Assembly: GCA_964390145.1 (NCBI GenBank) | Contig: CAYMHB010000003.1 | Location: 3,145 to 67,144 of the forward strand | Length of the DNA stretch: 64,000 bases | From: an uncultured Oscillospiraceae bacterium | GTDB lineage: Bacteria > Bacillota > Clostridia > UMGS1883 | Direction of reading: 5' to 3' | Part shown: one piece after another, positions 1 to 9,563 of the stretch | Layout: each line of letters opens with the position of its first letter | Numbering within the stretch: the stretch's first letter is position 1 | Notes under the pieces: generated by a model | What the model saw: the letters and a program-made list of their open reading frames with translations, nothing else | The model's database searches: none | What the model was told of the DNA's origin: nothing | Program-made: the position numbers and the translations under genes

Positions 1-2
1 AA

Positions 3-1445
3 ATGATGACGGCAGAAAAGAACATTCTCGGATTCAATGTTGAAGAAGAGAAGGAACTTACATATTCTGTTGAGGGTATTCTCAACGAAGTGAACGATGT
101 TGACCTTAACGGTATCGGCTTCAAAGTTACTGCAAAAAATTCCGAGAAAAAGAAAAAACTTATGTACAGCGCTGAAGCGGTGTATGATGGCGAGACTCTT
201 GCTTCCGGCTTGTTTATGCTTGATGATAAGAATATCTACATTGATTCGCCTGAATTTTTCAAAGACAGTCTCAGCATCCCTGCAAAGGGTTTTGGTAAAG
301 CCTGGAATGACAGCGACCTTGCAGATGAAACTGAAATCGAATTCAGCGAAGACCTTGATTTGAATTATAGCGAGCTTTTCGAAAAGAAAGATTTTCTTAC
401 AAAGAAATCCAATAAGTCTATTGAAAAAGAAATCAAGAATCTCATAGAGGCGTCAACACTTGAAAAGTCAAAGGGTACCGCAGAAGTTGGCGGAAAAAAT
501 GTAAATACAAAAACCCTTATTATTTCAATTGATCCTGATGACATCGAAGATACATTCTGTAACATTCTCGACATTGTTGAAGAGGATGAAAACGTTAAAG
601 AGTTTTTCGAAATGAACGAAGAAGCGAAAGATGCAAAAGACGAATTTTTTGACGGCTTGAAAGATGTTGCCAAGGAATTGTCAGGCATATTCGATGAAGA
701 AATTGTTGTGGAACTTCAGGTATACAAGGGAAAGGCCGTACTTATCGCAGCAGAGCTTGACTTTGACGGCGATCCAAGTGTCAGAATCGAGACCGCATTC
801 GAAGATAAGAACACTCTCATAAACGATATGAGAATGCTTATAGAAGTGAAGGCACAGGGCCAAAAGGCAGTTATCGAAATCAATTCCGAGGGTAATCATA
901 TCGCAAAAGGAAAAGTATTCACAGACGAAACTGTAGTCGAAATAAAGTCTCCTTATGGAGAAAAAATCGAGTTTGAGCATACTTTGACATTGGATATGAA
1001 GCAGAATAATTATGAACAGGATTTCAAAATAAAGGGCGACGGAGAAAATGTCGGAATTTCTCTTGAAGGAACCTGCTCGAACAAGAAAGGCTTCAAACTT
1101 GAACTCGACAGCATCAAGTTTAAGGGTGTTGATACCGAAGAGCTTACCAAAATCAAGGGCAAGCTTACAATGACAATCACTCCCGAAGCAAAGTTTGATA
1201 AAGTTAATACATCAGGCTCTCTTAATATTTTGGCTGCAGATGAAGATGACCTTGAGAAGTGGGGAGAAGATGTAGCAGAAAAGGCTGAAAAATTCGCGGA
1301 GAAAAATGAAGAACTTTTCAGCTCGGAAGTTGCAGAAGTTTTCGGATTGGGTGGTAATTCTTATGAGGATTACTATTACGAAGATGATTACTACGAGTAT
1401 GATTACGACGAGTATGACTTCGATGAATACGATTTCTACGAGTAA
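3..1445 (+). CDS. hypothetical acidic protein, possibly 5'-partial, with an Asp/Tyr/Glu-only C-terminal tail
   Basis: The ORF is open from the window edge, with an ATG at 3. It encodes 480 aa, is strongly acidic, and ends SYEDYYYEDDYYEYDYDEYDFDEYDFYE. I do not recognise a family. Confidence 0.55.
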   Translation: MMTAEKNILGFNVEEEKELTYSVEGILNEVNDVDLNGIGFKVTAKNSEKKKKLMYSAEAVYDGETLASGLFMLDDKNIYIDSPEFFKDSLSIPAKGFGKAWNDSDLADETEIEFSEDLDLNYSELFEKKDFLTKKSNKSIEKEIKNLIEASTLEKSKGTAEVGGKNVNTKTLIISIDPDDIEDTFCNILDIVEEDENVKEFFEMNEEAKDAKDEFFDGLKDVAKELSGIFDEEIVVELQVYKGKAVLIAAELDFDGDPSVRIETAFEDKNTLINDMRMLIEVKAQGQKAVIEINSEGNHIAKGKVFTDETVVEIKSPYGEKIEFEHTLTLDMKQNNYEQDFKIKGDGENVGISLEGTCSNKKGFKLELDSIKFKGVDTEELTKIKGKLTMTITPEAKFDKVNTSGSLNILAADEDDLEKWGEDVAEKAEKFAEKNEELFSSEVAEVFGLGGNSYEDYYYEDDYYEYDYDEYDFDEYDFYE

Positions 1446-1487
1446 TATAATTAAAGCTTAATTATATAAAATCAAAGGAGGAAAATT

Positions 1488-3455
1488 ATGTTCTGTTCAA
1501 ATTGTGGAACAAAAAATGAAGATGGCGCAAAATTCTGCGCGAATTGTGGAACTGCCTTCGAAGAAGCAACTGAAACTGCTTCTGTAGAGGCTGCTCCTGT
1601 GGAGGCTGCTCCTGTGGAGACTGCCCCTGTGGAGACTGCTCCTGTGGAGACTGCTCCTTATTGTGAAGACGATGCTTCAAACTACGAGGCAAATGATGAA
1701 AAGAAATCAAAGATTAAGAAGATTATTACTGTTGCAGTTATTGTTGCAGTAGTAGCAGCTATTGCGATTTTCGCGGTTAAGTTAATCGGCGGACTCTTCG
1801 GCGACAAGGATCAATTTGATGTTAGCAATCATCCCTTGATCTACCTCAAAGAAGACGAAGTAAAAGTTAACCCCGCAGGCAAGAAAGATTCATATGAACT
1901 TGGCGATACAGACTCAATCTCAGGTTTGAAGATTACTGACGACGGTAAGGTTATTTTCTACGCTGATGACTACGACGATGGTGAATTCGACCTTTACTAC
2001 AGAAAGTCTGCTGATAAAAAGAGCGAAGGAATTAAAATTGATAAGGGCGTAAGCGAGTTCTATATTGTTCCCGGTACAAAGGATGTTGTTTACTTAAAGA
2101 GCGATGAACTTATTTACCACAACCTTAAGAAAGAAAGAGAAATAGCTGACAAAGTAGTTGATTTCTACGATTTTTCAGAAGACGGCAGTAAAATTGCATT
2201 TGAAGACGAAGATGGAACTGTATATATCAGCGGTCTTGGAAAGAATGCTAAACCCGAAAAGATTGATTCTGAAATAAGTCTTGTTGATATTTCTGAGGAT
2301 TACAAAACAGTTTATTATACCAAGGAAGAAAAGCTTTACAAGAAAGAACTTGGTAAGGACAAGGAAAAACTCGCATCTGATGTATATGATGCATACGTTC
2401 TTGACAATAATGTGTTTGTAATTAAGTCTGAAGATAAAGAATACAAATATGACGATCTCTTCATAAACGATATTGAAGATGAAATGGAAAACCTTGTTGA
2501 TCCTGATAGTATTGAAAAACCAAACTATGACGATTACGGCGATTACGATGCATATTCTGATGCTTATGATGAGTATTGGGATGCATACAATGATGCTTAC
2601 GACGAGTGGTATAAGTATGAAGGCTTTATGGGTTTGGAAGATGAATATAACGAAAATCCTGTAACAATTTCATCTTATGTTCTCTATCAGTTAAAGGGAA
2701 AAGACCTTACAAAGATAGATGAAAATCTTGAATCCTATGGTTGGTCTTTCTATGAAGAATCAGGAATCGGAGTTTATAAAAAGAAGGATGGCGACGGTTT
2801 CAAGAAGATTAAGATTAGCTCACTTGAAAGCAGATGGGATGTATACAGCAAAATCAATGAGCAGATATATGGCGGTGCTGATACAAGTCTTTATATCCTG
2901 ACATCTGCAGGAAAGAGCTTCCTTGCATTTGACGATACAAAAGATATCTATGACTATGAAATAAGTGAAGACGGTAAGGAAATCTATGTTTTGGACAAGA
3001 AGTCAGGCAAGGAAGAGGGCGAACTTAAGAATTACAAGATCGGCTCATCCAAGATTTCAGGAGAAAAGGTTGTTTCCAAAGATGTTGCATCTTTCTCACT
3101 TTGGGAAGACGGTAATATTATCGTAACAGACAAAGGTGGCGAAAAGACATTGGTTAGAAAGAACGGCAAGACAGTTTCTCTCGGTGATGATGTCGTAAAC
3201 CTTACATATAAGGACGGCGTATTCTACTACATTGCAGATTACAGCCACAAGTCCAGCGACGGTGACCTTACATACTGTGAAAACGGCAAGGTTAAGAAGA
3301 TTGCTGACGACGTACATGATTACAAGGTATTCAGCGAAAAGAGAATTGCTTATATTGCAGAGTACGACAATGACGATGGTTGCGGCGAACTTTACATAGG
3401 CAAGAAGAACGGAAAGGCAAAACTCATAGACGATGAAGTTAGAGCTATTTATTAA
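1488..3455 (+). CDS. zinc-ribbon, membrane-anchored repeat protein (N-terminal CxxC-x10-CxxC, APVE repeat linker, one TM, large extracytoplasmic repeat domain)
   Basis: An AAAGGAGG RBS lies 8 nt upstream. The N-terminus is MFCSNCGTKNEDGAKFCANCG. The TM helix is ITVAVIVAVVAAIAIFAV. The C-terminal ~540 aa contain recurring aromatic/Asp beta-strand-like repeats (VFYYIADY, IAYIAEYD). Confidence 0.7.
   Translation: MFCSNCGTKNEDGAKFCANCGTAFEEATETASVEAAPVEAAPVETAPVETAPVETAPYCEDDASNYEANDEKKSKIKKIITVAVIVAVVAAIAIFAVKLIGGLFGDKDQFDVSNHPLIYLKEDEVKVNPAGKKDSYELGDTDSISGLKITDDGKVIFYADDYDDGEFDLYYRKSADKKSEGIKIDKGVSEFYIVPGTKDVVYLKSDELIYHNLKKEREIADKVVDFYDFSEDGSKIAFEDEDGTVYISGLGKNAKPEKIDSEISLVDISEDYKTVYYTKEEKLYKKELGKDKEKLASDVYDAYVLDNNVFVIKSEDKEYKYDDLFINDIEDEMENLVDPDSIEKPNYDDYGDYDAYSDAYDEYWDAYNDAYDEWYKYEGFMGLEDEYNENPVTISSYVLYQLKGKDLTKIDENLESYGWSFYEESGIGVYKKKDGDGFKKIKISSLESRWDVYSKINEQIYGGADTSLYILTSAGKSFLAFDDTKDIYDYEISEDGKEIYVLDKKSGKEEGELKNYKIGSSKISGEKVVSKDVASFSLWEDGNIIVTDKGGEKTLVRKNGKTVSLGDDVVNLTYKDGVFYYIADYSHKSSDGDLTYCENGKVKKIADDVHDYKVFSEKRIAYIAEYDNDDGCGELYIGKKNGKAKLIDDEVRAIY
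1578..1658 (+). repeat. in-frame 15-bp tandem repeat, ~5.4 copies (gctcctgtggagNct), encoding A(S/P)VE(A/T)
   Basis: Read directly from the sequence: gcttctgtagaggct gctcctgtggaggct gctcctgtggagact gcccctgtggagact gctcctgtggagact gctcct. Confidence 0.85.
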
Positions 3456-3483
3456 TCAAATCATCGGAAAGGAGTTTTAACAG

Positions 3484-3885
3484 ATGGCAGACTTTTTTGA
3501 CAGAGTTTTGGACGGTGTTAATAAAGGTGTTGCAACCGTAAGCACCGGTTCAAAAACTATTCTTGAAAAAACAAAAATCAACAGTGTTATTAAGACACTT
3601 ACTGACGAGAAAAAACAGCTTCTTGAAATTCTTGGAAACAAGGTATATACATTCGCTGCACAGGAAAAGAAAGATGTTCCTTTTGCAGAAATAGAAGCTA
3701 TTTGTGCACAGATTACTCAGCGCATCCAGCAGATTGCTGAGCAGCAGGCAAAGATTGACGCACTCGATGATGAGATGAATAAAATCACCGGTTCATCCGG
3801 CATTTCATCAGCAGTTTGTCCTTGCGGACACATCAATAAGAACGGTGCAAAGTTCTGTGCAGCTTGCGGCAATAAATTGTCTTAA
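3484..3885 (+). CDS. small coiled-coil protein with a C-terminal zinc ribbon
   Basis: The protein is 133 aa and ends CPCGHINKNGAKFCAACGNKLS. A GGAAAGGAG RBS lies upstream. Confidence 0.65.
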   Translation: MADFFDRVLDGVNKGVATVSTGSKTILEKTKINSVIKTLTDEKKQLLEILGNKVYTFAAQEKKDVPFAEIEAICAQITQRIQQIAEQQAKIDALDDEMNKITGSSGISSAVCPCGHINKNGAKFCAACGNKLS

Positions 3886-3891
3886 AACCCA

Positions 3892-3923
3892 AACCCCATC
3901 CTGATTTCAGGATGGGGTTTTTA
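3892..3923 (+). terminator. Rho-independent terminator
   Basis: An 11-bp stem, aaccccatcct / aggatggggtt, is followed by a T-run. Confidence 0.8.
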
Positions 3924-4013
3924 TATAAATCAAAGAACTACTTGAAATAATGCGTAGTGTTTGATAAAATTAGTGTAAGGGTTATATATACTTGATTAAC
4001 AGGGGAGATAGCT

Positions 4014-5198
4014 ATGCAGGAAATAAAATGTCCAAAATGCGGCGAGGTATTTCAGGTTGACGAATCGGGCTATGCCGCAATTGTGAAGCAGGTTCGCGAT
4101 AAAGAATTTGAAAGAGAAGTACAGGAACGCGAAAATGCGCATAAAAGCGACAAGGATTCTGCAGTTAAACTTGCAGTAACAAAAGCCGAGGCGGATAAAG
4201 ACAGGGAAATTGCCGAAAAAAACCTTGAAATAGCGCGTCTCAAGGGCGAACTTGAGCTTAACAGGAAAAGTACCGATCTGGCTGTTAAAAACGCTGTTCA
4301 GGAGAAAGAAACCAAAATACTTGAACTTGAGAATAAAATAGTACTAAAAGACAGCGAGTTCGAATTGAAAGAAAAATCCGCTACTGAAAAACACGCGGAG
4401 GAATTACGACTCAAGGAAGAAGAAATCGCGTACTACAAGGATTTCAAAACTCGTCAATCTACCAAAATGATTGGTGAAAGTCTTGAACAGCACTGTGAAA
4501 TTGAGTTTAATAAATTAAGGGCAACGGCTTTCCCGAATGCATATTTTGAAAAAGATAACGACGCCAAAACGGGCAGTAAGGGCGATTTCATATACCGTGA
4601 AACATCCGAGGACGGTACGGAATTTATCTCGATTATGTTTGAAATGAAAAACGAGATGGACACTACCGCGACAAAGCATAAAAACGAAGACTTCTTCAAG
4701 GAACTTGACAAGGACAGACGCGAGAAAAATTGCGAATATGCAGTTCTTGTGTCGATGCTTGAAGCAGATAACGAGCTCTATAACACGGGTATTATTGATG
4801 TTTCTTACAAATATCCCAAAATGTATGTTGTAAGACCGCAGTTTTTTATACCGATTATAACCCTGCTTCGAAATGCGTCACTCAATACACTTACATACAA
4901 GCGCGAACTTGAGGTTATGCGAAATCAGAATATTGATATTACTCATTTTGAAGAAGATATCAACGATTTCAAGGAAAAGTTCTCGCGCAATTTCCGTCTT
5001 GCAAGTGAGAAATTCCAGAAAGCAATCGACGAAATTGACAAGACGATTGACCATCTGCAAAAGACAAAGGATGCCCTGATATCGTCTGAAAATAATCTGC
5101 GTCTTGCTAATAACAAGGCGGAGGACCTTACTATTAAAAGGCTTACAAAAGGAAATCCCACCATGGCAGAAAAATTTGCCGAACTTGAAAACAACTAA
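4014..5198 (+). CDS. DUF2130-family protein (N-terminal zinc ribbon, long coiled coil, C-terminal PD-(D/E)xK-like core)
   Basis: The N-terminus [33 protein letters not shown] is typical of DUF2130. GDFIYRE...[11 protein letters not shown] gives a D...ExK pattern. Confidence 0.7.
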   Translation: MQEIKCPKCGEVFQVDESGYAAIVKQVRDKEFEREVQERENAHKSDKDSAVKLAVTKAEADKDREIAEKNLEIARLKGELELNRKSTDLAVKNAVQEKETKILELENKIVLKDSEFELKEKSATEKHAEELRLKEEEIAYYKDFKTRQSTKMIGESLEQHCEIEFNKLRATAFPNAYFEKDNDAKTGSKGDFIYRETSEDGTEFISIMFEMKNEMDTTATKHKNEDFFKELDKDRREKNCEYAVLVSMLEADNELYNTGIIDVSYKYPKMYVVRPQFFIPIITLLRNASLNTLTYKRELEVMRNQNIDITHFEEDINDFKEKFSRNFRLASEKFQKAIDEIDKTIDHLQKTKDALISSENNLRLANNKAEDLTIKRLTKGNPTMAEKFAELENN

Positions 5199-5236
5199 AA
5201 AAGAGCAACAGATTTTCAAATCTGTTGCTCTTTTTA
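5197..5236. terminator. bidirectional Rho-independent terminator between convergent genes
   Basis: A 12-bp stem, agagcaacagat / atctgttgctct, is flanked by an A-run and a T-run. Confidence 0.8.
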
Positions 5237-5237
5237 A

Positions 5238-6350
5238 TTACGGTTTTAACGAAGTGCTGTTATTAAGCAGTGAAGTGCTGTAAATAAACAAGACATCACT
5301 GTTTTCGAAATCAGCAAAAGCACCTACATAACTGCTGGATAACATATAGCGTATATCAAAAACGGTAATCTTTTTATATCCTTCGGCAAAAAGCGGCGCC
5401 AGACTGCTTCCGAAAGAGTCTCGGAAAATGACAAGCTCCTTATCTGTCTTTGCGTTGGGGTTTTCAATTATTACAATGGATTCTGAACCCGAAAGAAACA
5501 TTTCGTACGGGTCCTTGCCGTTCGCTTTTTCCATGTTATACATGTCGCCCTTTACAGGGAGTCCCATATCGTTATAATATGTCACGGTGCAGCTATCGAG
5601 AGTATCATTTGTCAGATACTTAATAGTGTCCGACTCTACAGGAAGCGCGTATTGACCGCTGTAAACTCCCTGAAACGGTTTTTCAAGAACGTTAATGGTG
5701 TAACTGGTTTTAACGTCCGTTCCCATCTGAGAGGCAATATGCTGCGCAATATCGGTTATTTCTTCTTGCTTCCAATGGGTGTCCGTCGTGTAATAGTCAT
5801 TGAGGGAAAGATGCTTTGTTATATCGATATACTTCATAAATGGCGTCCTATCTCGCATTTTCTCTATAAACTTATCATAATCAAGTGAAGGATAGCCATT
5901 TTTTTCTGCAAGATAGTAATTTTTATCGGGAACTATTGAAAAATAAATATTTGCATTTTTATCTTTCATATTTTCATCTGCAAGCTTTTTGAAAATGTCA
6001 GCGGCATAATTGAGCATATTCTCGTCTTCTTTTTCATCAAGTTTGGAAAGATGACCTTGGGCTCTGAAAACACCATTATTTTCTGCTTGCATCAAAATCC
6101 TTTCGGCAAAAAGAACCTTTATTCCGCGTGCAAAATCACGTGCAGGGAATTGATCTGCTGTATAGGTTTCAAATTCTTTCATGAAACTGCCGCTTGAAAC
6201 AGTTTCCATATTTAATATTGGCTTTTTTGCAAGAAGACGTCTTTCGCTATCAGAAAACTCCGTGTCAGGTTTGAAATAGCATATTGCAGAAACAGAGAAG
6301 ATAAAAACAGTGAAAACTATGGTCATTATTATACTTTTTGCTTTGTTCAT
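5238..6350 (-). CDS. DHHW-family protein (AlgX/AlgJ-like partner of an MBOAT acyltransferase)
   Basis: It has an N-terminal TM anchor and the YYTTDTHW motif. It lies immediately downstream of the MBOAT gene. A GGAGGAG RBS is present. Confidence 0.75.
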   Translation of the reverse strand: MNKAKSIIMTIVFTVFIFSVSAICYFKPDTEFSDSERRLLAKKPILNMETVSSGSFMKEFETYTADQFPARDFARGIKVLFAERILMQAENNGVFRAQGHLSKLDEKEDENMLNYAADIFKKLADENMKDKNANIYFSIVPDKNYYLAEKNGYPSLDYDKFIEKMRDRTPFMKYIDITKHLSLNDYYTTDTHWKQEEITDIAQHIASQMGTDVKTSYTINVLEKPFQGVYSGQYALPVESDTIKYLTNDTLDSCTVTYYNDMGLPVKGDMYNMEKANGKDPYEMFLSGSESIVIIENPNAKTDKELVIFRDSFGSSLAPLFAEGYKKITVFDIRYMLSSSYVGAFADFENSDVLFIYSTSLLNNSTSLKP

Positions 6351-6365
6351 ATTATCTCCTCCTAC

Positions 6366-7766
6366 TTAAAATCTGAAATATAAAAACGGGTTAAAAGAAC
6401 CGTCTACAAGATATGCCGTAGCAACTATAATAAGGATTAAAAGAACGGGCATTTCGAGAATATCCATAGCAAGATGCGTCTTTTTGTTTTGCTCTAATTT
6501 TTCTTTTACTTTTACAAAAATCGGGGTTGCGGCAAACATTGCAATCAAGAGTACAAACCCAAAGTTTCTCAGATTATATATTGCACCCTTGGAAATTAAG
6601 GGGATAGAGCCGTAACCAAACATTCCGCCAACATATGAAAGTGATTCTTTCATTCCATTTCCTGCAAAAATTGCAAAACTTATCGCAGTAAAGAATAATA
6701 CGTAGATATGACTTGCAATTTTTGATTTTTCAAGCTTCTTTGTAAGGAAATATTTTTCAATAAGAAGCAATATTCCGAAATAAACACCCCAGATTATGAA
6801 GTTCCATTCGGCGCCGTGCCAGAAACCTGTCAGGAACCATACGGTAAAGATATTTAAAAGAAGCCTTGCTTTACCGACACGATTTCCGCCCATAGGGATA
6901 TATACATAATCTCTGAACCATGAGCCGAGTGAAATGTGCCATCTGCGCCAGAACTCGCTTATACTGGATGAAATAAACGGATAGCGAAAGTTTTCAATGA
7001 AATCAAATCCAAAAAGCTTACCGAGACCGATAGCCATATCGCTGTAACCTGAAAAGTCAAAATAAATTTGAAGCATAAAGGCTATTACATAAAGCCAATA
7101 GAACAAAACAGATTTGTCATCTGCCACTTTAAAGTTTTCGCAAAGAATACCTAAAGTGTTGGCTATAATTATTTTTTTTGAAAGACCGATTACAAATCGG
7201 CGTATACCAAGAGCCGTTTTTTCAAATGTATGGCTTCTTTGTGCAAGCTGCTTTTCAACATCGATATATCTTACGATAGGACCTGCAATGAGCTGTGGAA
7301 AAAGTGCGATGTACGCACCGAGTGTAATCGGATTTTTCTGTGCAGCAACATATCCGCGGTAAACATCAACAGTATAACTTAAAATCTGGAATGTGTAAAA
7401 ACTTATACCAATAGGAAGAGCAATCTTTAAAAGAGGAATAGAAAAACCGGTCAGGGCATTAAAATTCTCTATAAAAAAGTCTGCATATTTAAAATATCCG
7501 AGTACAGCAAGCGAAGCCGTAGCTGAAAGTATCACAAAAAATTTGGACAGCCACTTACCTCGTGTTTTTTCAATTAAAATACCAATAATATAGTTAAAAA
7601 GTACTGTCGCTATCATCAAAAACACGTAGCGCGGTTCACCCCATGCGTAGAAAACAAGGCTCGACAAAAGAAGCACCGTGTTTTTAAGAAATTTTGGAGC
7701 GATAAAGTACAAAATAATTACAGTCGGCAAAAAGTAATATAAAAATGGGATACTTGAAAAAAGCAT
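6366..7766 (-). CDS. MBOAT-family O-acyltransferase (AlgI/DltB-like)
   Basis: It is polytopic and carries the signature FWRRWHISLGSWFRDYVYIPMGGNR. I moved the start to the ATG at 7766, which has AAAGGAG 8 nt upstream. The TTG at 7772 is too close to that RBS. Confidence 0.85.
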   Translation of the reverse strand: MLFSSIPFLYYFLPTVIILYFIAPKFLKNTVLLLSSLVFYAWGEPRYVFLMIATVLFNYIIGILIEKTRGKWLSKFFVILSATASLAVLGYFKYADFFIENFNALTGFSIPLLKIALPIGISFYTFQILSYTVDVYRGYVAAQKNPITLGAYIALFPQLIAGPIVRYIDVEKQLAQRSHTFEKTALGIRRFVIGLSKKIIIANTLGILCENFKVADDKSVLFYWLYVIAFMLQIYFDFSGYSDMAIGLGKLFGFDFIENFRYPFISSSISEFWRRWHISLGSWFRDYVYIPMGGNRVGKARLLLNIFTVWFLTGFWHGAEWNFIIWGVYFGILLLIEKYFLTKKLEKSKIASHIYVLFFTAISFAIFAGNGMKESLSYVGGMFGYGSIPLISKGAIYNLRNFGFVLLIAMFAATPIFVKVKEKLEQNKKTHLAMDILEMPVLLILIIVATAYLVDGSFNPFLYFRF

Positions 7767-7785
7767 AGTCAATACTCCTTTAAAT

Positions 7786-7815
7786 AATTAAAAGCGGGGA
7801 AGACCCCGCTTTTAA
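7786..7815 (-). terminator. Rho-independent hairpin directly after the lipoprotein gene
   Basis: The hairpin is aaaagcgggg aaga ccccgctttt. Confidence 0.65.
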
Positions 7816-8496
7816 TTATTCAGCATCTTCAAAACTTGTGGGACACATTACGAAGAAAACTTTGTTTCCGACATTGCCGCTAACCATTTCGTCTGCAGAT
7901 GTGCAGATGTTCCATCTGAGATTCGCGGCATTTTTCAATGTGTTAATAAAATCAGAAGCATTTGTTCCTTCAGCAAGTGTGAAAACATAGCCAACGAAGG
8001 GGATTGTTCCAATCATGGGCGCAAACATTGCACCTTCGCTGAACCCCTTGATTTCAGTGTTGTCAAAACCTGTAAGGTAACCTTCCTCAACAGGCATTGC
8101 GCCGCAACCGATAGGAGCGAGTACTTCATTAGTAACAAGTGCTTCTGCAATAGAAAGAGCAGAAGCAGAATTGCTTGCGCCTGACTTGAATCCGGAAAGA
8201 AGAGCCTGACCAACAGTTTTTGATGTTTCAGTGTCTGTTTCAGGAGTTGTTACAGGTGTGTTTTCAGGCTTTTTAACAGGAGTAGTTGTAGTTTCGTCTT
8301 TGTTTTCCTCTTCTTTTTCAGGTTCCTTATCTTCTTCCATTTCGGATTCTTCTTCAGGCTCCTTCTTATCAGTTTCTTCCTTTTCAACAACTTCATTATC
8401 ATTAGAAGTAGCTGTTTCTTCGGTATTTTTCTTGCCGCATGCGGCAAAAGATAATGCAATCATAAGTGCTAAAATAATCGAAAGTAGTTTTTTCAT
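7816..8496 (-). CDS. lipoprotein with an acidic low-complexity linker
   Basis: The signal peptide plus lipobox is LSFAAC-GKK. An E/K/T/P-rich linker precedes a ~130-aa globular C-terminal domain. An AAAGGAG RBS is present. Confidence 0.7.
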   Translation of the reverse strand: MKKLLSIILALMIALSFAACGKKNTEETATSNDNEVVEKEETDKKEPEEESEMEEDKEPEKEEENKDETTTTPVKKPENTPVTTPETDTETSKTVGQALLSGFKSGASNSASALSIAEALVTNEVLAPIGCGAMPVEEGYLTGFDNTEIKGFSEGAMFAPMIGTIPFVGYVFTLAEGTNASDFINTLKNAANLRWNICTSADEMVSGNVGNKVFFVMCPTSFEDAE

Positions 8497-8578
8497 ATAG
8501 TGTTCTCCTTTTTGTCAAAAAAATTCTTTGTAATTAACAACTACATTATACAAAAATGCAATATACATGTCAAATGTT

Positions 8579-9508
8579 TTATCTTTCTAACCGAGGTAAA
8601 GAATGTATTGCCCGCATAAGTTCGGAAAGGTTTTCGGTTCTTCTTACAATTTTGTAGATTTTTTTCTCTTTTGGAAAATTCCACATCATAAGAAGCCATA
8701 TCTCTTTCAGCTTGTGCATTGTGAACTTGTCACTTGATAAAATGGCGTTATATCGCTCTTTCAGAATTTCGGTAAACTCAATCATCTGCGCGGTAGTAAC
8801 TTTTTCTCCTCCACGTATTTCGCGGAAAAGAGCTGGATTTGCTACCGCACCGCGACCAAGCATAATACTGTCAATGTCGGGGTACATTGAGATAATCCTT
8901 TCATAATCTTCTTTGGTAAAAACATTCCCGTTATAACATATTGGATTTTCCGAAAGCTTATAAGCCAGCGAGAATGCTTCAAGATTAACATCACCTTTAT
9001 AAAAATCGGCCCTGCAACGGGGATGTATGGTGAGCAGCTTTATAGGATATTGGTTGTAAAGATTTAAAAGCTCCTCAAATTCATCAGGAGTGGAAAAACC
9101 TATTCTAGTCTTTATAGAAATCTTTATATCGCATTTTTCAAAAATCTCGTCAAGAAAATTCTCCAAAAGCTCTCTTTCACGAAGAAGTCCGCTTCCGCGT
9201 TTTTTATTGACAACGGTAGGCGAGGGACAACCGAGATTTATATTAACCTCGTCATACCCATACTCTTTAAGTTTTTCAGTAAATTTCAAAAACGAAACGC
9301 TGTTATTGGTAAGAACCTGAACAGTAGGGCGAATAACAGTATTGTTTTCGGGAAGCATATCCCGAAATCCTTTTCTGCCGATTTTACTGTTGTCACTAGG
9401 CGAAATAAAAGGAGTATAGTACTCATCACAACCGCCGAAGTATTCTGCGTGTGTGTTACGGTATATGTATCCTGTAATCCCTTCTAATGGGGCAAAACTA
9501 AGTTTCAT
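8579..9508 (-). CDS. tRNA-dihydrouridine synthase family protein
   Basis: The protein has a Dus-like TIM-barrel sequence (LAPLEGITG..., INLGCPSP, HPR). Confidence 0.8.
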   Translation of the reverse strand: MKLSFAPLEGITGYIYRNTHAEYFGGCDEYYTPFISPSDNSKIGRKGFRDMLPENNTVIRPTVQVLTNNSVSFLKFTEKLKEYGYDEVNINLGCPSPTVVNKKRGSGLLRERELLENFLDEIFEKCDIKISIKTRIGFSTPDEFEELLNLYNQYPIKLLTIHPRCRADFYKGDVNLEAFSLAYKLSENPICYNGNVFTKEDYERIISMYPDIDSIMLGRGAVANPALFREIRGGEKVTTAQMIEFTEILKERYNAILSSDKFTMHKLKEIWLLMMWNFPKEKKIYKIVRRTENLSELMRAIHSLPRLER

Positions 9509-9526
9509 ATAAACTCACCATTCCTT

Positions 9527-9563
9527 AAAAAAGAGCAATAGAATTTTCTATTGCTCTTTTTTT
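9527..9563 (-). terminator. hairpin terminator overlapping the 3' end of pflA
   Basis: The stem agagcaatag / ctattgctct is flanked by A- and T-runs. It sits only ~18 nt upstream of the dus start. Confidence 0.65.

Noticed and set aside
1578-1658. A short tandem repeat as a possible CRISPR or minisatellite.
   Set aside because: The units are 15 bp and contiguous with no spacers. They are in frame inside a CDS and encode an APVE(A/T) linker.
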